Below are positions 49,963 to 63,736 of a DNA stretch of 64,000 nt, in pieces. A model generated the notes under the pieces. That model was not told the DNA's origin, did not search any database, and worked only from the letters and a program-made list of their open reading frames with translations. Location: NCBI RefSeq assembly GCF_001194135.2, contig NC_068991.1:18075275-18139274 (forward strand). Reading direction: 5' to 3'. This DNA is from Octopus bimaculoides (Eukaryota). The first letter of the stretch is position 1. Each line of letters begins with the position of its first letter. The translations under genes were made by a program, and so were the position numbers.

Positions 49963-52310
49963 CCAAACCAACTACTGCCACATTTGCAAAGCAGACGGAT
50001 TAATACTTGAGGAGGTGGAATATTGTAATTGGTGGAAACACATGGGGCAGATAAGTTCCAGTAAGTGAGAGAGAACTTGAACATTTTGCTTTATGAGGAA
50101 AAAGGGCTAAGGAGAGAAACACACACACAATGAAGTGGTTGAGAAAATGGATTTTGTTTATTTTTGTGTTTGCATGCATGTTTATTGTTTATTTAATCTA
50201 AGTTCCACCTCACTGAACAGATCTATTTGACCAAAGATATCTTAGTTCAATGTGTCTTTTTGATTTGAGGAGGATTAGCTACTACATATAGCAAGTCAAG
50301 CAACCATACAGTGACTCTTTCGTTAGTCTGTGTTTGAAGTGAATGACTGTAAGGTGATGTAGTGGCAGTCATGGTCAAAGATCAGAGTCTCTGACAGGAC
50401 TAAATACAATGCAGTTTTAATTCCTCATTCACAATTTCATTTTCAAATTCTGTATCAGTTAACTTAGAAATTTTTTAAAATGCTGGTCAACAAAGGATCT
50501 TATAGGAAAGAGTGCAGATGGCTGTGACAATTAGGTACTAGGCAACCAATGAAAAGTTTGCTGGTTTATGCCCTGTCATTGTATGAAGAAATCTCATTGC
50601 ACTGAAATACCACACCCACGCATGCTAGTTATTGCACAGATCACAGCTAGTTGGCTTTCATTTATACTTGCCACCCTGTTTTGTTAAATTTGAAGGTGGG
50701 TACTGTGTAAACTTGATGAGTGATTCATCAATTTGTGGTGCTGAGTTTAATTCTTTCTACAGGAAAAATTATCAACAGATAAGCTTCTCAAGAGAGAAAG
50801 GTTGGTCACAGCTGTATCAAATATTCCTTATAAAATTGGTCTTATGCATAAAAAAGAAATCAATGATTGGAGGATAAGAGAGAGAGAAGTGGGAGAGGGG
50901 AAACATATATCTCTTGCATGGCCCATACAAGAAGTGGTTGCAGTTGTGTTGCAAAAGAAAGCAGAAGGAAAAAAGAACATGACAGGAAAACAAGTTAATA
51001 GACAGTTATGAATGAAAAGAGAGTTAACAAGTTATGAATGAAAAATTTTTGTGGTAGAATAGAAATGTCTGTTTCCGTTGAATGAAAAATGTTCTTGTAA
51101 CACCTGTAATAGTATTCCAGTTTCCACTAAAAGCATTGTATTTGTGTGATGTGTTAAGGGGCAAGTCAGCCATGACACAGACCAACTCACTTGTTAGTTC
51201 TCAATCTAGTGTAACCAGTGAATGCTCAACTTTCAGACATAGGGTGAGGGGCAAGTTATATAGCTTCCACTGCAATTGAAACCAGAATGTAGAGTCAGCT
51301 GGTGTAGGCAATACTACTTTATCACAAATCTGCAAGTCTTGCAACACACAGTTCCATCAACATATGTGAAACTATATATAGATAGTAGAAGTATATATAT
51401 AAATCAAGCTATCCTATGGTTGGTTGCAGAGCTTGAAAGCTGAAATATTTTGAGTTTGCATCACTATAGAGATTAAATAGAAAATTACAAAGAAACAAGT
51501 ACAAGAAAACTTATTCTTCATTTACCATTCTACAATCCTCATCGTCATCACCACCACAACAACAACCAACCTAACCTCACCACTGCTGCTGCTACCATCC
51601 CCTACCCCACCTCCCATGCTGGTGCGAGGAAATTCTAAGAAAAGCTGACTATCATATAAGAATAATAAATATAAAATATATAGACCCAGAAACACACTAA
51701 TAAATATACATGTGTATACACACACACAATGTGAAATAAACCCATAACCATAAATAAATAAAAAAACCCACACACAAACATTAAAAAAGAGCATTCATTT
51801 TTCCCTAAAATATTCTTTAAGAAAAAAAATACATCATACATACCCTTGAAACACATAGCACAACACACACACACACACACACAGATAACATGAAAGTGTT
51901 GATACACCAAAGTGGTGAGGAGAAAATAATATTGACATTGTCTTTAGAAAAACAGGAAGTTACTCAGCCCAAACATGCATGTAGTTATCAATATAGACAT
52001 TTGGCACGATTCCCTTGAGTGAGATACAATTCCAAAAACAAATAGTTTTTTCGCATTATTATCATAATATTAGAAATGATGAACCATCTCTTCTTTATCT
52101 TTTTACTAATTTTAATAACACATCCAAGTGTTGAGCTATCAGATTATTATTATTATTGTTATGTATAACAGATGGTGGAGGGGAACATCAGAGAAATCCA
52201 ACACTTTTGGAGAATGAAAGCAATTTATGCATGTGTGTGTCTGCATGCGTGCGAGTCCATGGAGTTGCATAAATAATGAGGTGTGGCACACATACAAACA
52301 AAATTATATC

Positions 52311-52697
52311 TTTTATCTTACTTGTTTCAGTCATTAGACTGTGGCCATGCTGGGGCACTACCTTGAAGAATTCTTAGTTACATGAATGAATGCCAGTACT
52401 TTTTTTTCAATCCTGGTACTTATGCCATCGGTCTCTATTGCCAAACCGTTAAGTTACAAAGATGTAAACACACCAACACTGGTAAAATGGTAGTGGGGGA
52501 CAAACATAGATACACACACACACACACAGATATATGACATGTGTCTTTCAGTTTCCTTCTGCCAAATCCACTCTGAAGGCTTTGGTTGGCCAGTGGCTAC
52601 AGTAGAAGATATTTGCCCAAGGTGCCATGCAGTGAGATTGAACCCAGAACCATGATGTTGGAAAGCAACTTTCTTACCACACAGCCATGTCTACACC
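52311..52697 (-). mobile_element. tRNA-derived SINE, family B (diverged)
   Basis: Same head, core and tail as 27835-28234 with many substitutions. Confidence 0.8.
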
Positions 52698-52727
52698 TGT
52701 GTGTGTGTGTGTATATACATAATATAT

Positions 52728-53100
52728 CATCACCATTTTAACATCTGCTTTCCATGCTGACATGGGTTAGATGATTTAACTGAAACTGGTAAGCTGAAGG
52801 ACTGCGTCATGTTCCAATCTGATTTGGCATGGTTTCTATGGCTGGATGCCCTACATAATGCCAACCACTCCAAGAGTTTAATGGGTGCTTTTTACATTCT
52901 ACCGGCATGGGTGCCAGTTACGTGACACCAGCATCAGCTACGACTACAATTTCATTTGGCTTCACAGGTCTTCTCAAGCATGGCATATCACCAAAGGTCT
53001 CAGTCACTTGCCATTGTCTCCATGAGGCCCAATGTTCGAAGATCATGCTTCACCACCTTGTCCCATGTCTTCCTGGGTCTACCCCTTGCATAGGTTCCCT
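52728..53100 (-). mobile_element. Family C RTE-type 3' end, diverged
   Basis: Diverged match to the tail and body of the 20732 and 26450 copies. Confidence 0.65.
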
Positions 53101-54012
53101 CCACAGTTAGATATCAGCACCTCTTTACACGGTTGTCCTTGTCCATCTCATCAATTTTATTTGATGTCCACTTTTCCATGCTAGCATGAATCAAAGGAAA
53201 TTTGTGGAAGCAGATTTTCTATCGCCAGATGCCCTTGTTGCCACCAACCCTAATCTGTTTCCCTTAGTCCTTCCAACATGAACAGAACAATGGCCAGAAA
53301 GAATTTCTTAGAAGACCGCAAATGAAAAACACTGCTTCTATAATGGTGATTTTTATTGAAAAATAGTGTATTAACATGAGACATGAGCACACACACACAC
53401 ACATGATGAGCTTCTTTCAGTTTCCATCTACAAGTCCACTTGCAAGACTGGCTGCCTAAAGTTATAGCAAAAGACACACAAGGTGCTAAGCAGTGAGATT
53501 GTTGCTGCAAAGCCAATTTCATGACTACACAGTTATGCCTATGGCTGTACCTAGGTGTGTGATCATCCACATCATTGCTTTAACATCTACTCCTTCCATG
53601 CTTGCTTGTGTCAGATGAGACTACACTGAGGTAGAGTATTCCATGGCTGGTTGCCCTTCCTGACATCAATCATCATCTGTTTCCAAGTAAGATAAGCTGG
53701 ACATGCTATTGCGATGGACTGCAAGCAAATGACACTGCCTGTATAAACAGTGACACTTTCTGTTTCCAATCACCACACATGTAAAGGTAAGGGAAAATAA
53801 CATGAATTCCCTCTCACACGCATGTACGTATATCTATATACAACAGATTTCTTCTGTTTCCAACATCAACTTCATTCGCAAGGTGCAGGTGTTGTTGGCT
53901 ATGATAGAAGTCAATCATCCACACAGCCAGGCCTGTACCTAATGTGTGCCTAAATGCATGTATGTTAGTATATAACAAAGTATGTAAGTGTGCATACTGG
54001 ATTTGACTTAGA

Positions 54013-54050
<38 letters not shown>

Positions 54051-54559
54051 GATAAATATATACATAATTTATTGATTAAGTATACATATAATCTATCACA
54101 TATATATCACAGAACACATTCCATTTTTCATTACATTCATTGACTTTACAAAATCTCTCAACAGGGTGAGATGAAAGGGCTTATAAACCCTGCTCAAAAC
54201 ATACAGATGCCCAGATAAACTTGTGGAGATTGTCAAGCAATGTTGCAATGATATGTCAGCCATTATCTCTTGAAAACAGCAGCTCAGGCCCTTTACCAGT
54301 TACCATGAAATAAAACAAAGCTCTGCATTCACTCCAATGCTATTTGCATTATTTCCAGGTACTGTGCTTAAAAAGCTAGCAAGTGATCACAGAGGTGGCG
54401 TGTATATCTACACAAGAGTTGATGCTGGATTGTTGAACAATATCAAGACTAATATACATTGGAAGTGATGTGAAGTGTGTATTTGCAAACTTCTTTTCAC
54501 CAATGACTTAGCCCTGGTAGCTTATTCCATAAAAGATATCTAGAAAATTATATGCTCTT

Positions 54560-55170
54560 TTCAATGTGTGGCATCATCTTTCACCCAGTCAATAAATGTG
54601 ATAAAGCCTGATATCTTGCACCCACCTAAACCTGGAGTGTTGGCACACAAAATCCTGACCATTACAATTACAAATAAGCATCTAAGCAAGAAAATGCTTG
54701 CATATTTAGACAGTACAATTACTTACAACAGCCTGGATGTGAAGGTGGATCATAGAATATTGTCAACTACAATTGCGTTCATGAAATTTGAAGATCAATC
54801 ATGAAAATAACATGGCATAAAACTGTCATCAAAATGAAAAGTCTACCAAGCAGTTGTACTATCCTGACTGTTGTATTCTACTGAGACCTACACATTGTAT
54901 CACTAGCATGTAAAAATGAGCTGTCAGTTATGTCAACCACAATCTATAATGAACATTCCCTGACGAGACCACATCATTGATCAAGAGGTCCTACAACAAG
55001 CCAAAAATATACCTGAAGTCAAGTCTATTCTGATGGAATAGCAGTTGTGCTGATGGGACATTTGATCCATATCAAAGACACCAGGATCTCTAAAGCTGTG
55101 TTTCACAGTGAATTGAAAATGTGGAAACCATCAAAGAAAGTGTCCAAAACTCTGTTTAAGGATGTTATAG
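54560..55170 (+). mobile_element. Decayed RTE (BovB-like) LINE C-terminal fragment
   Basis: Remnants YLDSTI, KVYQAVVLS and LMGHLIHIKDTRISKAVFHSEL resemble RTE post-RT motifs; multiple stops. Confidence 0.6.
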
Positions 55171-58100
55171 GTACAATCCACCTGATAACCTTCTGCACAG
55201 TTTCCATCTATCCAATTTCACTCACAAGTCTTCAGTCTACCCAGAGCTGTGGTAGATAACACTTACCCAAGCTATTCTGCAATAGGGTCATTTTAAACAA
55301 ATTTTCTTGTTTTATAAACATCTTAATTACTTCCCTTGGAAATTTTTTCGTCTCTAATGAAAAGCAATAATCTACGAATTATTTCCCTTGATTCACTCTT
55401 CAAATGCTGCTTTAAAATGATTTTAAAATTTCACAATTTCGACTCCTACGAACATGTTTTTTTCTGAAAATTTGTTTGTGATACACATTCATCCTCGGAC
55501 AAGAAACTTGAGATTTTAGAATTTTAGAGAAAAGTAAATAGATACAGTACTGTTCATGCTGTTTGAAGAGCATTTTAGCGACCTAAACCCACAGAAATGG
55601 TTTTAAGTAAGTATCAAAATGTGTTGTTGATTCTGCTTGAAAACTAGGGTTGCAACCAATGCACTACAATGCCTTCCAGTAATGTCAGAAGAAAAACTTT
55701 TCATTATTTATTTTACAATACATAAGCTGTTCAAAAAAGGGTGCTGTTGATAGTCAGGTTAATTGACTGTCTAACAAAACAGCCAAAGTATTAAGCATTT
55801 GCATCCTATTATTGGAACAGTGCTTATGTTTATGGCTTAAAATATTACTTTAATTCTTGTTTTCTCATTTCAGTCAAGTGAAGATAGATACCATGCACTA
55901 AGCACAATGGAGAAAGGTGAGGCCTTGTTGTTTCTTTGATAAAACTATTATTCTACAGACCTCAAAAACAAACGAAGATTTGGTTTCTAATCTCCGTCAT
56001 GCCAAGGAAACAGAGCTTAGACACTACACTAGCAGCCACAAGTATAGATCGCTATTATAAACAATGTGTTTTGTTAGTTTCCAGTATTGTTCTCAAAATC
56101 TTCTGAATAGACCTAGATGATGATGTTAATAGGAAACCACTACTTTGAAAATCCAGCAGTTGCTTCATTGTCAGTATCCTTGAGTGTCCTGCACAAACTT
56201 GGTGGTAATTAGGACAGATTACAAAGAGAAACAACACATTAGAAGTATAATGCTTGTTTGTTTGTATAACTTGCAAAACTCAGGCATTGAAGTCAGATGC
56301 AGCAACAGTTTGTGGACAAAACTAGTCAAATTGATGGGAACCAAAGGAATGACCCCTATCTGCTCCTCATTCTAAAGGGGAACTGAAATATATAAATAGA
56401 GACCACACAAAACAAAACAAAATAGCTAAAATTGAAAAAAAAAAAAAAAAAGAAACATGAAATCAATAGTTTCTGAAACTGAAAACACTTGTCAAAGTAT
56501 ACAAACTAAAACAACAAAAAAATATAACTTCAAAGTCTCAAAATTAATTTAATGGACAAGTGAAATAAAAAATTCAATTTACTATTAAATCTTCATTGAT
56601 AGATTTGTTTATATATATATATGTCTGAGGTTACAAATATACAATAAGAGTTGTATAGTAGAGTAGTCTAGCAATACATACCCTGAAAAAATGATAAACA
56701 TTCTGAAACCAATATTATGCCTTACTCTTGAAGAACTCCATGAAATATTTCTTACGAATTTACTTTAAAAAAAGTGATGGCCTCTCAAAAGGCAAATCAG
56801 TTACATTTTCAGTGACAGACAGTTATGTTTCTTAATTAAGAAGTCTCACTACAAAAAACTAATGAGATTAGCTTTTTGATTCACAACTATTAAAAATGCT
56901 TAATTGCATCTATAATGAACTTTTTTTTTTAAGAATTCTTAGATGAGTATAGCCAAATGTGGTTTTCAGAATATTTATTTCAATAATCATGTATTTTGGG
57001 TATAAATGAATTTATGACTTCTTTTGTTTGTATAATTGCAACATCAACCATTACTATTTGTAGAGAAAGTGGTAAAAGCTAAGTAAAAACAAAGGCACTG
57101 GCTCAAGTGCTGCTATTATGAAAATCTTAACTTATATATGGCTTTTGCTCACCTAATTTCATCACCAACACTGCTATACTACTGAAAACTGGTTTCTGAA
57201 ATTTGCTTGTGTAATACACTCAAACAATAATATCTACTAACTTCCTTCAAGCTATATATGCATTGCAGTTTAAGCCTTATAGTATAATATATATATAACA
57301 ATTGAGGGTTTTCTTCTCTGCCAGAACATACTTATACTTACATGTGTTAACTTTCACTAAGAAATTGGTTAGACTAGCTCCAACTAGTGATTCCAGAATA
57401 TGAGGATGAGATTGTAAGAGAAAAACTAATCCCAACTTACTTAGAGCCACAGCCACTTGAAGTAAACAAGTTGCTGAACCTTCCTGCTGAAAGCAAGTTA
57501 TTTAAATGTATCTAAGTATTACAACCTATCTATATGTATTCCATCATTAGCACTACATTACACTTAGCAAAAGACCTATAACATTCAAAGACAATTGACC
57601 AAACAGTAAAAACAAATTGGTACCACAGGGTAGTGCAACTCACTCCTATATGCAGTTATGAGGAAAAGAGGAGCAAGATGTTTTTTATGAGTGCTTTGTT
57701 TACTTGCAGTATTAATCTGAAATCTTTCCATAGTTGCTGGAAAGCATTCCAGTAAATCACTTTTAACAAAGAAAAAAAAAAAAAAACCTTCAATGGTGCC
57801 TCAATAAATAACAGAATCCCTCTCTCCCATTATTTGTAAATATTTTTTCCATCTGAGTTCTGTGATTAGTGTTAGAAAAGATATACAAACAATTAACAAA
57901 ACAAAAATAGAAAAAACATTATAAAAAAGCAAAAATTATTAAAACAGCAAAACAGTAAACACCTGCTCCAACAATTCGTGCAAATGCCTGAATTTGCAGA
58001 ACCATTCACCCACTAGTGACGAGAAGAATCAATGTAAACAAAACTGTTATGACATAAAAACCATGTAAGTAAGATAAACATGGATTATTATTATTGAACA

Positions 58101-58988
58101 TATAAAAAGTATTTTTAATTTGTTAGAATAGAAAATAGGGGTAGTGAAACAAATATAAAAACACCAAGTTAATTAAAAAGAATATTAATTAGAAACAAAG
58201 GTTATTTCTATTAAACTATAGAAGGTTAGTAGAAAAGAAAATTATTTCTGTATTGTTTTTGGAGGTGAGTATGGGGGGGGGGGAGGTTTCTAATTAAATT
58301 TGTATTCACAATACATTTTTTTTTTAATCCAAATTTTTATTTTCTATTGAAACAAACTGTTTGTATTTTCAAAATTTGTAAAAATGCATTTCCAGTTGAA
58401 TTAAAAAAAAAAAACTGCCTATAGTTTTTGACTTAACCCTTATTGTTGTCTCTATATATCATACATGCATACATTTGCCTGAATCCAGACACACACTTAA
58501 CACATAACATATATACATGTAAACATTTTGTTTTTGTATCATGTTATTTTATGCTGTTGCATTGTTGGGCATAGCTGGTTCCACAAGGTACTTTTTGCTC
58601 AATACACCTGATCACCAATACAAACACACATATATACAAATCCATACCTTTCTATCTTATATCTATCTATCTTTGTGTTTGCTACCTTGGACTCCTCTGT
58701 TTAGTGGGTTAATTCACTACTCAGGAAGAGTTATTCTAAGAGCGCGTTCTGCCTCATCTTCGAAACGCCTAGTTTAGAATAGAGGCAGCGGATGAAGGAA
58801 AAATTCCATAGGTGGCTTGTCTGTTTTCCTGTGTGTTCGTTCTGTTGTCTGTAAACAAAGTCCGTTTTGTTTTTATGTCCCCGTTCATTTTTCTAACGTC
58901 CTGTACCTGGATATGCATCTATATATACATGTAGATGTAGGTATGTACATATATGTATGTATACATGCATATGCTCATATATCATTTG

Positions 58989-59027
<39 letters not shown>

Positions 59028-59072
59028 GGTATGCATACATGATGGGCTTTCACACAATTCCTGACGACTAAA

Positions 59073-59210
59073 TCGTCGTCATCGTTTAACGTCCGCTTTC
59101 CATGCTAGCATGGGTTGGACGATTTGACTGAGGACTGGTGAAACCAGATGGCTACACCAGGCTCCAATCTGATTTGGCAGAGTTTCTACAGCTGGATGCC
59201 TTTCCTAATG
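59073..59210 (-). mobile_element. Family C RTE-type 3' end, 5'-truncated
   Basis: Near-identical to the tail-proximal 130 bp of 20732. Confidence 0.8.
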
Positions 59211-59360
59211 TTGATACAAATGCATTGGTCTACAAGATTAGAAACTTCCCCCAAGTTACTGCATAGTGTGATGGCAGTTATGACCATATGTGTGTGTGTG
59301 TGTGTGTGTGTGTATACATACACTGGCACACGTGCACACACACACACACATACACTAGAA

Positions 59361-59677
59361 CAGTGGTTCTCAACTGGGGTCCATATGATCCATGGAGGTC
59401 CATATAAAATTGGAGGGAGGTCCAACAAGCAAACTAGAAAATAAGGGATCCAGAGTAGTATATTAGGGATCTGTGAAAATTTTTTACTTTAGATGTATTT
59501 ATTGCAAAAAAACCCAGCTTGGCTTCTTTCTTTAATGCTTTACGAAAAACAAAAGAGGAATTTTGAGAAGTATCTATAAAATTAGTTTTTAAACTTCGAG
59601 TAGCAATAGGGGTTCATCTGAATAAAATAGTAATCAAAGAGGTCCATAAGTAAAAAAAAAACAGTTGAAAATCACTG
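59361..59677. mobile_element. hAT MITE
   Basis: TIRs CAGTGGTTCTCAACT and AGTTGAAAATCACTG (13/15); perfect 8-bp TSD CACTAGAA. Confidence 0.9.
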
Positions 59678-61895
59678 CACTAGAACATCACTTGGTATAT
59701 AATGGGTAATTTAGAAAATGTACTTTTGCCAACATAGATAGCATCAGAAGATACAACACACATACAATAATCATAATTTAATTTTCATCAAATTTTTTTG
59801 GTGCTAATACAAAAAGATGAAATGAATGCTAATTTTCAAAAAGGTATTGCCTTAAAATAAAATTTAATAAACAAATTTCTTATTTATGTAACTTTTCCCA
59901 TGACTACTTTGTCATTTACTCCCTCTACTCCATCTCCTGCCACCAAGCCTTGTATGTGCACTCATCTTGCACCTCTTACTTTAAACACTCTTCTCTCTCT
60001 TCATGATGTATAGCGTGACTGGAATATCAACCAACCAACCAACATTTATATCAGCTACTATATATACATACACACACACACATATATATATACAAACATG
60101 TATGCACACACACACATACACATACACACAGAGTGAGAGAGAGGGGGGGGGGAGAAGGAGTGCAGTGTGAACTGGTGGATGAGTAATGTTAAACTGAGTA
60201 CAAGTGAGCGGAGGAAGTGAGTAAAACATTAGTCAAAAGGTAGACTTATGTAAGAGATGACTGCACTACAGTTAGATCATATAATGTAAATAGAGAAATA
60301 TGGCATAAGCTTGAGCGAAAAAGGGTACCTAGTAGTCAAAGATACCCACATTAATAGAAAAACAGATCAAAGAACACTCAAGATGGAAGATGTTAGGGCA
60401 GGTTTTTGAAATCAACAAAACGATATGCTGATATAAGAGCTGAAGACACATGGAGAAAAAACTATTGTAAGACGAGTTAAGCCAGTAGCAATATTGAAAG
60501 AACTGATGAAAGATACTGCTGCTGCTGATGATGATATTAAAGAAATCCTTAGTTAATTATATTTAGATAGAGTAGACACCCAACATGCCTGCCTGTCTTG
60601 AGTCACCACTGACTACTCCTACTCTCCTCTGTCTCCTACATTTCCATCTGAACTTTAGAGCAAGGATGAATGTAAACAGAGGTACTTTGGTAATACTAAT
60701 AACTCATTTAACCACAAACTCTTGTCAAAGCATTAACTGTATAACATTCACAACTGGTTACTGTACTACATATAACAATGTAACTGTTGTCAATGAGTTT
60801 GTCTTTCAGACTCTCCTACTGCTGTTGCTGCTTGCATGGTTTGTAGTGTTTGCCTTTGCCATTACATATAAATATTCATACAGTCAAATTATGCTGTCAT
60901 ATGTTAACTCATTCATAACCACAGCTGTTGCTAGCAGAATATAACTATGTTAAAAAACAATGCATGCACACACGCGCACGCACACACGCGCGCGCACACA
61001 CAATAGGTGAGTATCATGTTTTTGTTAATTGTTTTCAGCGTCCATGCAGCTGCAAGCACATAGACGTCCTCTATGCACTCCTACTTTTGACCTAGCAGAA
61101 CATCCAGGATGGGACAGCTGGAAGGAAAGACGGCTGTCTCCGCACTCAACTGGTACTCATTTTCACTTGAGTAGACTGGAACAACATTGAAACGAGGTGT
61201 CTTGCTCAAGAAACTTAATGCACTGCATAATCCAGGAATTGAACCCTCAACCTCATAATTGCAAGCCCAACACTCTAACCACTAGGCCACATGACTTCAC
61301 TACATTTAACTATTTAGGCAAAAAAAAAATCCTATTACTTGTGTATTAAAAATAAGAACCAGAATTGATTGAGTCAACTTGGTTTTTGACATTAAGCCAA
61401 GTCAGTGGTTTATGTTACATCTTTTTCTCTCAAGCTTGCTCCACTGAACCATAAAAAGGTGTGACAAGATGGACAGTAATTGACAAGATGTGAGCAGCAG
61501 CAACAACAATCTGCTATAATAATACTCTTGTGTTTTTCTCTGTCACAACATATGAATGAGAAAGGAAAGAGTGATGACAAACTGATAGTGGGAGCGTTTC
61601 AACTCTGTGTGAGTATATGTAAAAGAGAGGCGTGTGTGTGTGTATGCAATGGAAGTGGGATGGTGAACATTCAACGCTGAAAAGAAAAATCAAACAGCGT
61701 TTCAACTCTAAAATACAATTAGCCGTGATTTTTGACGCCATGGGGTCAGCTGGTAACATTATAAAATTGACAAGTACTTTGTTAGATTGCAGTGCTGAAT
61801 TGGTGTCCTTCTGTGAATTTAAACCACAATTAAAAAGGCCAAACGACACAAATCTTAATTTTAACAATTACTCCAGAGTCAATAAGAAATCAACA

Positions 61896-62163
61896 GGCGC
61901 AGGAGTGGCTGTGTGGTAAGTAGCTTGCTTACCAACCACATGGTTCCGGGTTCATTCCCACTGCGTAGCACCTTGGGTAAGTGTCTTCTACTATAGCCTC
62001 GGGCCGACCAAAGCCTTGTGAGTGGATTTGGTAGACGGAAACTGAAAGAGACCGATAGAATAAGTACTAGGCTTACAAAGAATAAGTCCTGGGGTCGATT
62101 TGCTCGACTAAAGGTGGTGCTCCAGCATGGCCGCAGTCAAATGACTGAAACAAGTAAAAGAGT
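61896..62163 (+). mobile_element. tRNA-derived SINE, family B, internally deleted
   Basis: Intact head and tail; central segment of about 125 bp missing between two AAAGA motifs. Confidence 0.9.
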
Positions 62164-62616
62164 ATATAAACTAAGATGAAGTTGATGAAGGGCTCATGTC
62201 CTCTAAATAGTAGCCAACTAGACATCTGTTTAAAGTTCTACAGCAAAGATCTTTAAAAAAAAAAAACCCAAAAAACTGTAGCTTAACTACTTTAAGTTTA
62301 TCTTAAGTTTCCTAATACAGGCTGTGTTATGTATAAATATTAATGAATATAATTAGTGTTTCTCATAGAGGGGTATCCAGCTATAGAAACCATGCCAAAA
62401 CAAATGCTTGAGCAAGACATGGTCCTCCTATATACTGAGTCATGTTGAACTGTGCAACTCATGCTAGCATGGAAAGTGGATGTATGATGATGGTGCACAC
62501 ACACACACAAAATTGTCACTAAGTGCGACTAGGGTATTAGAAACACCTACATTGCTAGAAATATGAGCTAAAATGCTCTACTGCTGTAGTCAACGCATAT
62601 ACTTCTGTACATATAT

Positions 62617-62993
62617 TGTTGGCACTCCGTGGCTTACAACGTCGAGGGTTCCAGTTGATCCGATCAACAGAACAGCCAGCTCGTGAAATTAACGTGCAAG
62701 TGGCTGAGTACTTCACAGACACGTGTACCCTTAACGTAGTTCTCGGGGATATCCAGTGTGATACAGTGTGACAAAGCTGACCCTTTGAATTACAGGCACA
62801 ACAGAAAGTAAGAGTGAGAGAAAGTTGTGGTGAAAGAGTACAGCAGGGTTCGCCACCATCCCCTGCCGTAGCCTCGCGGAGCTTTAGGTGTTTTTGTTCA
62901 ATAAACACTCACAACGCCCGGTCTGGGAATCGAAACCGCAATCCTATGACCGCGAGTCCGCTGCCCTAACCACTGGGCCATTGCGCCTCCACT
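62617..62993 (-). mobile_element. tRNA-derived SINE, family A
   Basis: Perfect 11-bp TSD TGTACATATAT at 62606-62616 and 62994-63004. Confidence 0.93.
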
Positions 62994-63232
62994 TGTACAT
63001 ATATACAGACAGGGACTATAATCATTTGAAAACAATGTTTGAAAATTCGTTATATTNNNNNNNNNNNNNNNNNNNNNNNNNNNNNNNNNNNNNNNNNNNN
63101 NNNNNNNNNNNNNNNNNNNNNNNNNNNNNNNNNNNNNNNNNNNNNNNNNNNNNNNNNNNNNNNNNNNNNNNNNNNNNNNNNNNNNNNNNNNNNNNNNNNN
63201 NNNNNNNNNNNNNNNNNNNNNNNNNNNNNNNN

Positions 63233-63275
<43 letters not shown>

Positions 63276-63736
63276 TTCACATTTATTTTTCTGTACTAGC
63301 ATAGTCTAGATCATCATCATTATGAATGTCCCCTTTTCCATGCTTGCTTAGGTCAGATGGGTTTGTTGAGGTAGATTTACTATAGCTAGATGCCTTTCCA
63401 GTTGCCAACCCTCACCTGTTTCCAAGAATGGCTAGATGTGTTTCACAGGAGACTGGACACAAAAGAGCATTGTTATTATGATGGTGACACACATTCACAA
63501 CCATCTTGTGACGTCAAGATGGGCATGGGTGTGCATGTGCGCGCGCGCACACACACATACACACACAACAAGCATCTTTCTACAAAATCCACTAACAAAA
63601 CTTTGGTCGGCTCAGGGATAAAGTGGAAAACACTTGCTCAAAGTGCCACACAATGCATCGGAAACCACAAGGATGGGGAGCAAACTTCTTAACCACAAAA
63701 CCATGCTTGTTCCTATTTCTTAAAATAAAAACATTC

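Noticed and set aside
51581-51634. 54-nt minus-strand exon-like segment (FPRTSMGGGVGDGSSS) with good splice sites
   Set aside because: Open only in phase 1-1, incompatible with the phase-0 AKT intron; low complexity.
55890-55894. ATG|gtatct as an ATG-only exon end giving PH-less Akt
   Set aside because: Weak donor, poor Kozak context and many upstream ATGs.
55874-55991. Plus-strand mini-gene SSEDRYHALSTMEK/DLKNKRRFGF*
   Set aside because: Requires a 42-nt intron, has no recognisable homolog, and local strand asymmetry favours minus-strand transcription.
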